Of a stretch of DNA of 64,000 nt, positions 18,889 through 29,539 are shown one piece after another. Where the stretch lies: assembly GCA_002416125.1 (NCBI GenBank), contig DIBU01000008.1, positions 79,665-143,664 of the forward strand. The letters run 5' to 3'. A program made the translations under genes and the position numbers. Positions within the stretch are counted from its first letter, which is position 1. Every line of letters starts with the position of its first letter. Under the pieces are notes generated by a model. That model was not told the DNA's origin, did not search any database, and saw only the letters and a program-made list of their open reading frames with translations. This DNA is from Halieaceae bacterium UBA5044 (GTDB lineage Bacteria > Pseudomonadota > Gammaproteobacteria > Pseudomonadales > Halieaceae).

Positions 18889-19383
18889 ATGCTCCACACA
18901 CTGACCCCACGCCTCGTCTACTTCGGGCTTGCCGCCCTGGCACTGTTCGCCATGCTGTTCGCCTGGTACCTGGAGTACCAGGTGGGGCTGAACCCCTGCC
19001 CCCTGTGCATGACCCAGCGCGTGTTCGTGATCGCCGGCGGCGTGGTTGCCCTGCTGGCAGCACTGCACAATCCGCGCGCCTGGGGCCGCCGCGTGTATGG
19101 CCTGCTGTGTGCCTTGCTCGCCATCGGTGGCGGTGCGGTGGCGGCACGCCACGTCTGGCTGCAGCACCTGCCGCCCGACCAGGTGCCAGCCTGCGGCCCC
19201 AGCCTGGAATACATGCTGGAGACGCTGCCCTTCAAGGACACGCTGAGCATGGTGCTGATGGGCGATGGCAACTGTGCGGAAACCCACTGGACGCTGCTGG
19301 GGTTGAGCATCCCCGAGCAGACACTGCTGCTGTTCATCGCCCTCACCGTGATCAGCCTCTGGCAAACACTGCGCCGAGGCTGA
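18889..19383 (+). CDS. dsbB: disulfide bond formation protein B
   Basis: ORF trimmed to ATG 18889 (AAGGAA Shine-Dalgarno). Four TM helices, a CPLC motif in loop 1 and a second Cys pair (PACG...GNC). Confidence 0.85.
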   Translation: MLHTLTPRLVYFGLAALALFAMLFAWYLEYQVGLNPCPLCMTQRVFVIAGGVVALLAALHNPRAWGRRVYGLLCALLAIGGGAVAARHVWLQHLPPDQVPACGPSLEYMLETLPFKDTLSMVLMGDGNCAETHWTLLGLSIPEQTLLLFIALTVISLWQTLRRG

Positions 19384-19463
19384 CCCCGCGGCGTGCTTGC
19401 GACCGGCCTCCGCCTGTGCCTATAGTGGCAGCCGAAGTCACCGCCAACGCAAGAGCACGCCGC

Positions 19464-19952
19464 ATGCCGTCACGCAACCAAGATCCCGCTGAACAGTTTC
19501 AGGCCGTCGACAGCCTGCTCACCACCTGGCTGGCGGAGCGCCGTGCCGTACTCGCACGCTACACCGCACTGGTGGTCGCCAGCGACGATGTGCCCGGCTC
19601 GGCAGCCATCACCCAACGCCAGCGCGACCTCTGCGAACTGCTGGTGGACTACGTGTCAGCCGGACATTTCGAGGTCTACAACGAGTTGCTGCACGAGGCA
19701 GAAGCCTTCGGCGACACGGGTGCAGCGCTGGCGACTGCACTGATCGCCGAGATCGCGGACACAACCGACGTCATTCTGGCCTACGAAGAAAAATACGGGA
19801 GCGGCGACCAGTACCCGGAAACCATGCTCAGGGACCTGTCGGCGTTGGGGGAACTGCTGGAATCGCGTTTTGTGTTGGAGGACCGGCTGATCGCCGGCCT
19901 CCACACCCAACACCGGCGCCAGCTGCAGTCGGCGCCGGAAGAAGCTCGCTAG
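19464..19952 (+). CDS. rsd: Rsd/AlgQ-family anti-sigma70 regulator
   Basis: The real gene is the 3' part of track ORF 19005..19952, starting at ATG 19464. 162 aa with LLVDYVSAGHFEVY and LESRFVLEDRLI motifs typical of Rsd/AlgQ. Confidence 0.8.
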   Translation: MPSRNQDPAEQFQAVDSLLTTWLAERRAVLARYTALVVASDDVPGSAAITQRQRDLCELLVDYVSAGHFEVYNELLHEAEAFGDTGAALATALIAEIADTTDVILAYEEKYGSGDQYPETMLRDLSALGELLESRFVLEDRLIAGLHTQHRRQLQSAPEEAR

Positions 19953-19955
19953 CGC

Positions 19956-20720
19956 TTAGCCTTCAGCGCCGTCTGCAGGGGCTTCGGCGTCATCAGCCGC
20001 CTTGGTCACCGAGATCAACTCCACCTCAAACACCAGAGCCGCGTTCGGGCCAATCAGGTTGCCTGCACCGCCGGGGCCATAGGCGAGATCAGCTGGAATA
20101 AACAGCTTCCACTTGGCGCCGGGTGACATCAGCTGCAGTGCCTCGGTCCAGCCTGCAATCACCTGGCTGACACCAAAGCTGACGGTTTCGCCGCGCTTGT
20201 AGGAGGAATCGAACTCGGTGCCGTCCACCAGCGTGCCGCGGTAGTGGACTTCCACCATGTCGTCCGCACTCGGGCTTGCACCTTCACCCGCCTCAATCAC
20301 TTCGTATTGCAGGCCGGACTCTGTCACCACAACACCTTCACGCTGGGCGTTTTCCGTCAGGAAAGCCTCTGAAGCTGCCAGGTTGGCTTCGCCGGCCGCC
20401 GCGATCGCGGCCTGCTGCTCGGCCATGGCGCGCTCCTGGTAGGCCTGCATCTCGGCCTGAATTTCTTCCGGCGTCATGCGCGGCTCGGCACCCTCCATGG
20501 CATCGCGCAGACCCGCGCTGAAGGCATCGACATCCATCGGCACACCGTCCGCGGCCATGCGCTGGCCCAGGCCGAAGGCAATACCGTAGCTGAGGCGCTG
20601 ATTGCTGTCCTCCAGCGTCACGGTGGCGGCAGTGTCTGCAGCTTCGGGCGCAGACTGCTGGTTACAGGCCTGCAAGGTCACGGTCGCGACCAGGGCAAGC
20701 GGCAATGCGTATTTCTTCAT
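19956..20720 (-). CDS. FKBP-type peptidyl-prolyl cis-trans isomerase, lipoprotein form
   Basis: Start at ATG 20720 (MKKYALPLALVATVTLQAC lipobox). C-terminal FKBP domain VHYRGTLVDGTEFDSSY...IPADLAYGPGG. Confidence 0.9.
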   Translation of the reverse strand: MKKYALPLALVATVTLQACNQQSAPEAADTAATVTLEDSNQRLSYGIAFGLGQRMAADGVPMDVDAFSAGLRDAMEGAEPRMTPEEIQAEMQAYQERAMAEQQAAIAAAGEANLAASEAFLTENAQREGVVVTESGLQYEVIEAGEGASPSADDMVEVHYRGTLVDGTEFDSSYKRGETVSFGVSQVIAGWTEALQLMSPGAKWKLFIPADLAYGPGGAGNLIGPNAALVFEVELISVTKAADDAEAPADGAEG

Positions 20721-20796
20721 AATGGGTTCCATGGGTAAGAGAAATGGACGTGCGGAAAAACCGACAGGCGGCAGATCATACTACCGCGGGCCACCT

Positions 20797-21285
20797 CTAT
20801 GCCACCCCCGGCCCCGCGAGCAGCCCCGCGAGCCGCTGCACCAGCGCCTCCCGCTCCGCAACCGCACAAGCCCCGGGAGCCATCAGGCACTCCAGCGCGG
20901 CGACCAGCGCCACACTCGGAGCCGGGGCTGGCACACAGGCCGCACAGCGCTCATGCCAGGCCCATATGGCCCCCTGCTGCGTCTGCTCGGCCACCAGCTC
21001 AAGCGCCTTGACCTGCTGCCGAAGCTCGGCCGCCTGCGGCAGGTCGCGCCACTCGCGACGCAGGGCGCGCAGCGGCTGCACCACCCGCTGATTCCAGGGA
21101 GCCACACAGGCCTGCAGCTCCGGCCATTGCGCACTGGGCAGCTGCAACCCGCTGTGTGCCAGCCAGGCCGCATACAGGAGCAGATTCACATCGGTGCCAC
21201 ACCGGTCCTGCGCCTCGATACACGCCTCGGCCACGCCCGGCCGACCGTAGCAGTGCAGGGAGAATGTCCACAACGGATGCGTCAT
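20797..21285 (-). CDS. TIGR02444/DUF2390-like conserved hypothetical protein
   Basis: 162 aa with FSLHCYGRPGVAEACIEAQDRCGTDVNLLLYAAW. It lies divergent from the yheS-type ABC-F gene, the usual context recalled for this family. Confidence 0.6.
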   Translation of the reverse strand: MTHPLWTFSLHCYGRPGVAEACIEAQDRCGTDVNLLLYAAWLAHSGLQLPSAQWPELQACVAPWNQRVVQPLRALRREWRDLPQAAELRQQVKALELVAEQTQQGAIWAWHERCAACVPAPAPSVALVAALECLMAPGACAVAEREALVQRLAGLLAGPGVA

Positions 21286-21336
21286 CGCGTCTCCGGCTGG
21301 TGAGAGCCTCAGGCTGCGCGTAGAATGCGCGTCCTG

Positions 21337-23238
21337 ATGATCATACTACGCGATATTGAACTGCGGCGGGGCAGCAAACTGTTGCTCGAAGGCGCCGGCG
21401 TCACTTTGCAACCGGGGCAAAAACTGGCCCTGATCGGGGCCAATGGCAGCGGCAAATCCAGCCTGTTCGCCATGCTGCTGGGCACACTGCAGGCGGACAG
21501 TGGCGATATCGAGGGCATGAACAACCTGCGCCTCGCCCACATGGCGCAGGAAGTGGCCACCACCCATGAAACGGCCGGGCGCTACGTACTGCAGGGGGAC
21601 ACCGAGCTCGCGCACCTGTGCAGCGAACTGGAAAGCGCCGAGCGCACGGGCGACTTCCAGCGCGCAGCGGCCCTGCACACCGCCATGGAAGAGGCCGACG
21701 GCTACAGCGCCGACAGCCGCGTGCAGCGACTGCTGCAGGGGTTGGGCTTCGCACCCGATGCCGCAGCGCGCCCGGTCAGCGACTTTTCCGGCGGCTGGCG
21801 CATCCGGCTCAATCTGGCCCGCGCGCTCATGACGCCCTCCGATATGCTGCTGCTGGATGAACCCACCAACCACCTGGACCTGGATGCGACCCTGTGGCTG
21901 GAACAGTGGCTGCAGGCCTACCCCGGCACCCTGCTGATGATCTCCCACGACCGCGACTTTATCGACGCCACCTGCGAACGCATCCTCAGCATTGAGCACC
22001 AGCAATTGCACACCTGGAAGGGCAACTACTCCGACTACGAGCGTCTGCGCGCCGAGATGCTTGCCAACCAGCAGGCCAGCTTCGAGAAGCAGCAGCAACG
22101 CATCGCCCACATCGAGGATTTCGTGCGCCGCTTCCGCTACAAGGCGACCAAGGCGCGGCAGGCGCAGAGCCGGCTGAAAGAACTGGAGCGCATGCAGCAG
22201 CTGGCGCCTGCACACATCGACTCACCGTTCAATTTCATGTTCCCGCCGGCGGGCAAGAGCAGTGATCCCCTGCTGCGCATTGATGAGGCCGACCTGGGTT
22301 ACGCCGGTAAACCGGTGCTGCACAGCGTCAACCTGGTGCTGCGCCCTGGTTCACGCATCGGTCTGCTGGGGAAGAACGGCGCGGGCAAATCCACCCTGCT
22401 GAAGAGCCTCATCGGTCGCCTGCCGCTGCTGCGGGGCGCACGCCAGGCCGGGGAGCACTGCCGCATCGGCTATTTCGACCAGCAACAGCTGGAAGCGCTG
22501 GACCTGCAGGCCAGCGCCGCACTGCATGTGCAGCGCCTGAGTCCGGAGGCACGGGACCAGGACATCCTGAACTTCCTCGGCGGCTTCAACTTCCGCGGCG
22601 ACAGCGCCACCCAGCCCATCGCGCCCTTCTCCGGCGGCGAAAAGGCCCGCCTGGCCCTGGCTCTGGTGGTCTGGCAGCGCCCCAACCTGCTGGTGCTGGA
22701 CGAACCCACCAACCACCTTGATCTCGATATGCGCAACGCCATGGAGATGGCGCTGCAAGGGTATGAGGGCGCGTTGATCCTGGTCAGCCACGACCGTCAC
22801 TTGCTGCGCAATACGGCGGACGAGCTGCTACTGGTGCACGATGGCGTCGTTGAAGAATATGAAGAAGACCTGAGGGCCTACGAGAAGTGGATCCTCGGCA
22901 GCTACCGCACTGGCGACAACGCAGCCACCGCAGGAGCCCCGACTGCGCCGGAAGCCTCGGCCAAGGAACGCCGGCAGCAGGCGGCCGCACAGCGCGAGCG
23001 GCTGCGGCCACTGCAGCGTGATATCGCTCAGACCGAGAAGGCCATGGCACAGGTGGAACAGGATCTGCTCGCGCTACAGGCACGGCTTGCCGACCCGGCA
23101 ATGTACGCCGCTGGCAGTACCGCTGAGGTGGCGGATCTGGTCAGACAGGAAGGCGCCCTGAAGGCAGAACAGTCACACCTTGAGGAACGCTGGTTGGCGC
23201 AACAGGAAGAGCTGGAGGCGATTACGGCCCCGGGCTGA
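21337..23238 (+). CDS. yheS: ABC-F family ATPase (YheS-like, two ABC domains, C-terminal coiled coil)
   Basis: Collinear similarity to E. coli YheS (VSDFSGGWRIRLNLARAL, LLLDEPTNHLDLDA, FSGGEKARLALALVVWQRPNLLVLDEPTNHLDLDM). Confidence 0.92.
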   Translation: MIILRDIELRRGSKLLLEGAGVTLQPGQKLALIGANGSGKSSLFAMLLGTLQADSGDIEGMNNLRLAHMAQEVATTHETAGRYVLQGDTELAHLCSELESAERTGDFQRAAALHTAMEEADGYSADSRVQRLLQGLGFAPDAAARPVSDFSGGWRIRLNLARALMTPSDMLLLDEPTNHLDLDATLWLEQWLQAYPGTLLMISHDRDFIDATCERILSIEHQQLHTWKGNYSDYERLRAEMLANQQASFEKQQQRIAHIEDFVRRFRYKATKARQAQSRLKELERMQQLAPAHIDSPFNFMFPPAGKSSDPLLRIDEADLGYAGKPVLHSVNLVLRPGSRIGLLGKNGAGKSTLLKSLIGRLPLLRGARQAGEHCRIGYFDQQQLEALDLQASAALHVQRLSPEARDQDILNFLGGFNFRGDSATQPIAPFSGGEKARLALALVVWQRPNLLVLDEPTNHLDLDMRNAMEMALQGYEGALILVSHDRHLLRNTADELLLVHDGVVEEYEEDLRAYEKWILGSYRTGDNAATAGAPTAPEASAKERRQQAAAQRERLRPLQRDIAQTEKAMAQVEQDLLALQARLADPAMYAAGSTAEVADLVRQEGALKAEQSHLEERWLAQQEELEAITAPG

Positions 23239-23521
23239 CAGCGTCGAGCTGGCACAGGGCGAGCTTGGCCTCACGCGACAGGCGTTTGATGGCGGCTTCC
23301 CGGCGCTGGGCCGTTGCCCGGTCCGCCGCCGGCTCACTCCAGAGCAACTGCACAGGGCGCCGCCCGCGAGTGTAACGGGGCCCACCGCTGCGCTCGCCGT
23401 TGTGCTGGGCCAGCCGCCGCCGCATGTCGACGGTGACGCCGGTGTACAGGCTGCCATCGACGCACTGCAACAGGTACACCACCCAGGTCGATTCAGTCGC
23501 GATCACGGGGCTCTCAGCCAT
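23222..23521 (-). CDS. GIY-YIG domain protein (UPF0213/YhbQ-like)
   Basis: WVVYLLQCVDGSLYTGVTVDMRRRLAQHN motif. About 99 aa. The 3' end overlaps the yheS 3' end (convergent). Confidence 0.8.
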   Translation of the reverse strand: MAESPVIATESTWVVYLLQCVDGSLYTGVTVDMRRRLAQHNGERSGGPRYTRGRRPVQLLWSEPAADRATAQRREAAIKRLSREAKLALCQLDAVSPGP

Positions 23522-23664
23522 ACACAAGGCATAAGGTCATAACGAAAAACTCCTGAGCGCCGGTTGTGCGCACATTGCCCAATGGTATCATTGCGCCTCA
23601 TCGACGGGCGGTGAACCGCGGCGGATGTGCTGCCGTACCAACGCCACAGCAACTGGAGAGCACC

Positions 23665-23991
23665 ATGAGCGAAAACATCGTACACGTCAGCGATGCAAGT
23701 TTTGACGCCGACGTCCTCAACGCCGACCTGCCGGTACTGGTTGATTTCTGGGCAGAGTGGTGTGGCCCCTGTAAGATGATCGCCCCCGTGCTGGACGAAA
23801 TCGCCAGCGAATACGCGGGCAAACTCAAGGTCTGCAAAGTGGATGTGGATGCCAACCCTGACATTCCACCGAAATTCGGTATTCGCGGCATCCCGACCCT
23901 GATCCTGTTCAAGGGCGGCAGCGCCGAAGCGACCAAGGTCGGCGCCCTGTCCAAGAGCCAGCTCGTGGACTTCATCAAGGAAGTCATCTAG
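23665..23991 (+). CDS. trxA: thioredoxin 1
   Basis: 108 aa from ATG 23665. [15 protein letters not shown] active site. Confidence 0.95.
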   Translation: MSENIVHVSDASFDADVLNADLPVLVDFWAEWCGPCKMIAPVLDEIASEYAGKLKVCKVDVDANPDIPPKFGIRGIPTLILFKGGSAEATKVGALSKSQLVDFIKEVI

Positions 23992-24222
23992 GGCACAGTG
24001 GCCTGGCCCGCTCGTCGCGCTGTGCAGGACAGGCGGGCCAAAAATCCTAGACGCCTCCAGCACAGCGTGCTACATTCGGTTTCGTTGCACGGCCCCGTGC
24101 CGCGATAATAACTCTGCCACCCAACGATTTAACGCTGCATTCACGTCGCCTCTGGCCGGCCTTCCGGCAGCGCGTTCGTTTGCATTGAACGTCTTCCCCG
24201 AACAACAACTCAGCGCTCCTCT

Positions 24223-25491
24223 ATGAATCTAACTGACCTAAAAACCAAATCCACGCAGGAACTGATCGATATTGCGAAAGAGATCGGCCTCGAAAACATG
24301 GCCCGGTCCCGCAAACAGGACATCATTTTCGCCATCCTCAAGCGCCACGCCAAAAGTGGCGAGGACATTTCCGGCGATGGCGTTCTGGAAATCCTGCAGG
24401 ATGGCTTTGGTTTCCTGCGCTCCGCCGACAGCTCCTACCTCGCCGGGCCGGATGACATCTACGTATCGCCGAGCCAGATCCGCCGTTTCAACCTGCGCAC
24501 GGGTGACAGCATTTCCGGCAAGATACGCCCGCCGAAGGACAGCGAGCGCTACTTCGCGCTGCTCAAGGTCAGTGAGATCAACTTCAATCGCCCGGAGAAC
24601 GCGAAGCACAAGATTCTTTTCGAGAACCTGACGCCGCTGTTTGCGGACCAGCGACTGAAACTGGAGAAGGGCAACGGCAGCACCGAAGACCTGATTGGTC
24701 GCGTCATCGACCTGGTTGCACCCATCGGCAAGGGCCAGCGCGGCCTGCTGGTGGCGCCGCCCAAGGCCGGCAAGACAGTCATCATGCAAAGCATCGCCCA
24801 GGCCATCCTGACCAACAACCCCGAGTGCTACATCATCGTGCTGCTGATTGATGAGCGCCCGGAAGAGGTCACCGACATGCAGCGCACCGTGGGTGTGCGC
24901 GGCGCCGAAGTGGTTGCCTCCACCTTTGACGAACCGCCCTCGCGGCACGTACAGGTGGCCGATATGGTCATCGAGAAAGCCAAGCGGCTGGTCGAGCACA
25001 AACGCGACGTCGTGATCCTGCTGGACTCCATTACCCGTCTGGCGCGAGCCTACAACACGGTGGTGCCGAGTTCCGGCAAGGTCCTCACCGGCGGTGTCGA
25101 TGCCCATGCCCTGGAGCGCCCCAAGCGGTTCTTTGGCGCGGCACGTAACATCGAAGAGGGCGGCAGCCTGTCGATTATTGCCACCGCGCTGGTCGACACC
25201 GGTTCAAAGATGGACGAGGTGATCTACGAAGAGTTCAAGGGCACCGGGAATATGGAGCTGCACCTGGACCGCAAGATCGCCGAAAAGCGGGTCTACCCGG
25301 CCATCAACATCCGTCGCTCCGGCACCCGCCGCGAGGAACTCCTTACCGGCGAGGAAGAGCTGCAGCGCATGTGGATTCTGCGCAAGCTGCTGCACAGCAT
25401 GGAAGATGGCCCGGCGATCGAGTTCCTGCTCGACAAACTCCGCGACACCAAGACCAACGACGAATTCTTCATGTCCATGAAACGCAAATAA
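24223..25491 (+). CDS. rho: transcription termination factor Rho
   Basis: MNLTDLK...[31 protein letters not shown]-binding domain, Walker A PPKAGKT. 422 aa. Preceded by a ~230-nt leader. Confidence 0.98.
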   Translation: MNLTDLKTKSTQELIDIAKEIGLENMARSRKQDIIFAILKRHAKSGEDISGDGVLEILQDGFGFLRSADSSYLAGPDDIYVSPSQIRRFNLRTGDSISGKIRPPKDSERYFALLKVSEINFNRPENAKHKILFENLTPLFADQRLKLEKGNGSTEDLIGRVIDLVAPIGKGQRGLLVAPPKAGKTVIMQSIAQAILTNNPECYIIVLLIDERPEEVTDMQRTVGVRGAEVVASTFDEPPSRHVQVADMVIEKAKRLVEHKRDVVILLDSITRLARAYNTVVPSSGKVLTGGVDAHALERPKRFFGAARNIEEGGSLSIIATALVDTGSKMDEVIYEEFKGTGNMELHLDRKIAEKRVYPAINIRRSGTRREELLTGEEELQRMWILRKLLHSMEDGPAIEFLLDKLRDTKTNDEFFMSMKRK

Positions 25492-25498
25492 AGTTAAT

Positions 25499-25524
25499 GC
25501 GGAGCCGGCGTTGGCCGGCTCCGC
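25499..25524 (+). terminator. GC-rich hairpin after rho (possible terminator, no U tract)
   Basis: GCGGAGCCGGC-gttg-GCCGGCTCCGC, an 11-bp perfect stem 8 nt after the rho stop. Confidence 0.4.
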
Positions 25525-25571
25525 TGCGCGCTATACTGTCCCCTCGCCCGCAACACCCGCCAGGACAGCCT

Positions 25572-27074
25572 GTGACCTACAAAGACCTACGCGAATTCAT
25601 CACAGCGCTTGAACAGCGTGGTGAACTCGTGCGCATCCACCAGGAAATCGACCCGCACCTTGAAATGACTGAAATTGCTGACCGCACGCTGCGCGCGGGT
25701 GGCCCTGCACTGTTGTTCGAGGACCCGAAAGGCAGCCGTATTCCGGTGCTCGCCAATCTGTTCGGCACACAGACCCGGGTTGCCCTGGGGATGGGCGCGG
25801 AGAATGTACAGGCGCTGCGGGAGATAGGGGAGATACTCGCCTACCTGCGCCAGCCCGACCCGCCCAAAGGACTGCGCGATGCCTGGGAAAAAGCGCCGCT
25901 GTTAAAGCAGGTGATGAACATGGGACCAAAGCTGGTTCGCAACGCGCCGTGCCAGTTCCACGCCAAGAGCGGCGACGACGTGGACCTTTACCAGCTTCCC
26001 ATACAGACCTGCTGGCCCGGCGATGCCGGGCCACTGGTCACCTGGCCCCTGGTGATTACGCGCGGGCCGAACAAGACCCGCCAGAATCTCGGCATCTACC
26101 GCATGCAACTCATCGGGCGCAATAAACTGATTCTGCGCTGGCTGTCACACCGCGGCGGTGCACTGGACTACCGCGACTGGCAGCTGCAGAACCCGGGCAG
26201 CCGCTACCCCGTCGCCATCGCCCTGGGCGCGGACCCGGCCACCACACTGGGCGCGGTCACGCCGGTCCCGGACAGCCTGTCGGAGTACGCCTTTGCCGGC
26301 CTGCTGCGCGGCGCCAAAACCGAACTGACCGAGTGCTACACCGAGGGCTGTCGGAAACACGGGTTGCAGGTGCCGGCCAGCGCCGAATTCATCCTGGAGG
26401 GCTATCTGGAGCCCGGGGAAATGGCCGACGAAGGCCCTTTCGGTGACCACACCGGCTACTACAACGAGGTCGAGCGCTTTCCGGTGTTTACCGTGGAAGC
26501 CATTACCCACCGCGAAGACCCGATATACCACAGCACCTACACCGGGCGGCCGCCGGACGAACCCGCCATTCTTGGCCTGGCGTTGAATGAGGTGTTCGTG
26601 CCGATCCTGCAGAAGCAGTTTCCGGAGATTGTGGATTTCTATCTGCCGCCCGAGGGTTGCTCCTACCGCATGGCGATCGTGACCATGCGCAAGGAATACC
26701 CCGGGCACGCCAAACGCGTGATGCTGGGTGTGTGGTCTTTCCTGCGCCAGTTCATGTACACCAAATTTGTTATCGTGACCGATGAGGATGTGAACGCACG
26801 CGACTGGCAGGACGTTATCTGGGCCATGACCACGCGTATGGATCCACAGCGCGACAGCGTTTTCATCGACAACACGCCCATCGACTATCTCGACTTTGCC
26901 TCACCCGTGGCAGGGCTCGGATCGAAAGTGGGTTTTGATGCCACCAACAAGTGGCCGGGCGAGACCAGCCGTGAATGGGGCACGCCCATCGTCATGAGCA
27001 GCGAGGTGAAGGCGCGCGTTGACACCCTCTGGGATGAGCTGGGTATTGAACGCCCCGACGCCGGGCGGCGCTAG
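25572..27074 (+). CDS. ubiD: 4-hydroxy-3-polyprenylbenzoate decarboxylase UbiD
   Basis: Track ORF 25371..27074 overlaps rho in another frame. The real start is probably GTG 25572 ([22 protein letters not shown]...). UbiD motifs continue throughout ([10 protein letters not shown]). Confidence 0.92.
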   Translation: MTYKDLREFITALEQRGELVRIHQEIDPHLEMTEIADRTLRAGGPALLFEDPKGSRIPVLANLFGTQTRVALGMGAENVQALREIGEILAYLRQPDPPKGLRDAWEKAPLLKQVMNMGPKLVRNAPCQFHAKSGDDVDLYQLPIQTCWPGDAGPLVTWPLVITRGPNKTRQNLGIYRMQLIGRNKLILRWLSHRGGALDYRDWQLQNPGSRYPVAIALGADPATTLGAVTPVPDSLSEYAFAGLLRGAKTELTECYTEGCRKHGLQVPASAEFILEGYLEPGEMADEGPFGDHTGYYNEVERFPVFTVEAITHREDPIYHSTYTGRPPDEPAILGLALNEVFVPILQKQFPEIVDFYLPPEGCSYRMAIVTMRKEYPGHAKRVMLGVWSFLRQFMYTKFVIVTDEDVNARDWQDVIWAMTTRMDPQRDSVFIDNTPIDYLDFASPVAGLGSKVGFDATNKWPGETSREWGTPIVMSSEVKARVDTLWDELGIERPDAGRR

Positions 27075-27083
27075 GCGCCCGGG

Positions 27084-28334
27084 CTAGCGCAGGGCCGCGG
27101 GGCTGGCGTCGGCCCGTTTCGGTTGCGGCAACAGCGGCAGGCTGGTTTCCCGCAGCAGCAAGCCCTCGCGGAAATACACAGCGCTCTCCCGGTCCTCCCC
27201 AAGTGCGGCCAGCAACCGGCCCAACTCCGCGCAGACTTCCGGGGTGCGTCGCTGCCGGTAGCTGCTCTCGAAGTAATCCCGCGCCTTGCCCCACAGCTCG
27301 TGCCGGCAGGAAAGTCGCCCCAGCGTCAACAGCAACTGGTAGTCGCGGGGGTGATCCGCCAGCCACGCCTCTGCCTGGGCCAGTTGGCGCCCCGCGTCCG
27401 GCAACTCCACGTAGCCGAACAACCGCGCGAGATCGCCGTCCCAATCCTGTTTCAACGCGCGCTGGATCACCTTGGCCGCACCGCTGGCATCCCCCGCGTG
27501 GATCAGGTAACCCACGTAGCTGCGCAGCACCACCTTGTCCTGCCGCAGTGCCGCAGGCGTTGCCTGCCAGCGCTGATGCAGTGCCACCGAAGCGGAGTCA
27601 CCACCCGCCGTCGCGCAGGCCTCCAGCAGCTGCGTGTGTACCCTGCGCTCCAGGTCAAGCAATGCCGCTTCGTCCAGCACGGCGTGTTTGCGCAACTCTG
27701 GCAACAATTTGAGCAGCGCATCCCAGTCTTCCAGCCCCCGGTAGGCTTTGTGCAGCAACTTCAGCACGTAGGGATGCCGCCCCGCATTGCGGCGCGCGCG
27801 TTCCAGCGTGGCCACCGCCTGTTCGTACTGCCCGCCCTGCAGTTTCAGTTCGGCCTGGGTCAGCTCCACGGCAATACCGGCGTCGGAACCCGCCTGCTCT
27901 GCCATGCCCAGGTACTCGCGCATTTTGTCCGCTTCATCCAGCTGGAAACTGGCGCGCGCTGCAATCAGGTAGTTGAGCAGCGGAACCTCGCTGTGCTCGG
28001 CGCCGCCCACCAGCTGCCGCCGGGCACGCTCCCAGTTGCCTTCGATGAAATTGATCAAGCCACGGTGCGTCAACCGGGCCGCCCGTCGCGTCTTGCGCTG
28101 ACCCAACCAGCCGGCAATGGATCGCTGCCCGGAAAACACTTTGCGCAGCAGTGCTATGGCGGCGTACAGCAGCAGTGCGATCAGGGCGAGCAGGACCAGG
28201 CCCACCCACAGGCTGGTTTCCACGGTGTACTGCCCATAGGCTATCAGCACATAGCCGGGGTGGTTCTCGATCAGGGCAACCACCCCGACACCGAGCAGGA
28301 GGGCGAGCAGCGCCAGTATCAGCAGCCCACGCAT
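27084..28334 (-). CDS. hemY: HemY-type protein (TM anchor plus TPR, heme biosynthesis operon)
   Basis: N-terminal double TM (MRGLLILALLALLLGVGVVALIEN...), TPR-like C-terminus. Last gene of the hemCDXY order. Confidence 0.85.
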   Translation of the reverse strand: MRGLLILALLALLLGVGVVALIENHPGYVLIAYGQYTVETSLWVGLVLLALIALLLYAAIALLRKVFSGQRSIAGWLGQRKTRRAARLTHRGLINFIEGNWERARRQLVGGAEHSEVPLLNYLIAARASFQLDEADKMREYLGMAEQAGSDAGIAVELTQAELKLQGGQYEQAVATLERARRNAGRHPYVLKLLHKAYRGLEDWDALLKLLPELRKHAVLDEAALLDLERRVHTQLLEACATAGGDSASVALHQRWQATPAALRQDKVVLRSYVGYLIHAGDASGAAKVIQRALKQDWDGDLARLFGYVELPDAGRQLAQAEAWLADHPRDYQLLLTLGRLSCRHELWGKARDYFESSYRQRRTPEVCAELGRLLAALGEDRESAVYFREGLLLRETSLPLLPQPKRADASPAALR

Positions 28335-28336
28335 GG

Positions 28337-29539
28337 CTACTGTGCTCCGTCGCGCTGCAGGCGCGGCTCGGTATAGGTTTTCAGCGCAGCCAGCGATGCG
28401 GAGATATCCGGCAATGGCACGGCAATCACCTCATCCGCCAGGTCGTCCAGCTCACGCACTGCAGCGGCCGCCGCCGCCTCATCGGCGAGGAAAAACTCCA
28501 TCAGCCAGCGCCTGGCGCGCTGCAGACTGGCGGTGTAGAGCGCCTGATTACCCGACAGTAACGCCACCTGTGCCTGCTGCAGGAGCATCACCAGGTTCTG
28601 GCGCAGCAGTCCCTCCCACTGGGGATCCACCAGCGCCTCGACAGGCACCTCGCGACGGCGCACCACGATATAGTTCGACAGCGTGGACAAGGCCTGTTGG
28701 TAGCCCTGCTGCAAACGCTGCTGCCAGGTAGCGGCGGGCGCAGCCTCGTCCTCCCCGGCGCGCTGCGGCAGCTCGAAGATCACCAAACCCGCGACCTGGT
28801 CGACCAGCGCGCCGAGGCGCAGGTAGAGACCCTCAAGATCCAGTTCGGGCAGCGCACGCAGGACCGCGAGATCCTCGGCCACGGCACGGCGTACCGGGTG
28901 CAGGCCCACGCTGTCCAGTTGCCGCAGGATACCGTCCGCGCTCTGCAGCAGGCGCTGGGCGGAGGCGGTATCGCCGGCCATGATCAGGCGCTGATTGGCC
29001 AGACGCAGCAGATACTCGACTTCTGCCAGCAACCAGCTGTCCCGGTCACCACCGCGTAACTGCGCCAGTTCCGCGCGCTGCTCCGCCAGCCGCGCCTCCA
29101 GGGCCTCCAGCCGTGAGGTCTGCTCCTGCATCGACTGCGCCTGGCTTTGCAAGCGGGGCTGCAGTGCGTCCAGCCGCTGTTCCAGCGTATCCTGTACATT
29201 GCGCTCAAGCGCGCGCAGCTCAGCGCGCAGCGCCGAGTCATCAACAGCCACCGCCTGCGAGGGTGCATCGGCCGCTTCCAGTTCCGCAAGACGCTGCAAC
29301 AGGGCGGCCTCCCGCGCCTGAGCCTCCCATAAAACCCAGCCTGCGGCAGCTCCCAGGCCCAACGCCACCAGCAGCGCCAACCACGCTACCGCGCCGCCGG
29401 AACGCCGGGTAGCAGGCGCGGTCTGCATCGGCGCGGCAGGCTTGTCGGGGGTAGCACCCTGTGCCGCTGCGGTTTCCTCCACCGGCGCCTCGACAGCCGG
29501 TGTGGCGGGCGCTTCGGTCAGGTCTTTTTCTTCGCTCAC
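28337..29539 (-). CDS. hemX: HemX-type membrane protein (annotated uroporphyrinogen-III C-methyltransferase family)
   Basis: Acidic/Ala-rich N-terminus, single TM, long coiled coil. Positioned between hemD and hemY. Confidence 0.8.
   Translation of the reverse strand: MSEEKDLTEAPATPAVEAPVEETAAAQGATPDKPAAPMQTAPATRRSGGAVAWLALLVALGLGAAAGWVLWEAQAREAALLQRLAELEAADAPSQAVAVDDSALRAELRALERNVQDTLEQRLDALQPRLQSQAQSMQEQTSRLEALEARLAEQRAELAQLRGGDRDSWLLAEVEYLLRLANQRLIMAGDTASAQRLLQSADGILRQLDSVGLHPVRRAVAEDLAVLRALPELDLEGLYLRLGALVDQVAGLVIFELPQRAGEDEAAPAATWQQRLQQGYQQALSTLSNYIVVRRREVPVEALVDPQWEGLLRQNLVMLLQQAQVALLSGNQALYTASLQRARRWLMEFFLADEAAAAAAVRELDDLADEVIAVPLPDISASLAALKTYTEPRLQRDGAQ

Noticed and set aside
21337-23521. 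ABC-F ATPase plus a convergent, overlapping GIY-YIG nuclease-domain gene considered as a defence or toxin module.
   Set aside because: The ABC-F protein is collinear with housekeeping YheS. The GIY-YIG protein is the small UPF0213/YhbQ type common in core genomes. The neighbouring trxA-rho context is core.
23992-24222. 230-nt untranslated gap between trxA and rho considered as a possible sRNA or unannotated small gene.
   Set aside because: A long leader upstream of rho is the known arrangement for Rho autoregulation. No conserved hairpin-plus-U-tract element or credible small ORF is seen.
25371-25571. N-terminal extension of the ubiD ORF overlapping the 3' end of rho. Analogous extensions occur at 32781..33203 (argH), 19005..19463 (rsd), 35704..35991 (lysA), 39324..39743 (HAD), 50765..51028 (TIM barrel) and 53599..53745 (binding protein).
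   Set aside because: The extensions overlap well-supported upstream genes or promoter regions and lack homology-like sequence. Internal starts give N-termini matching the known families, often with a Shine-Dalgarno sequence.
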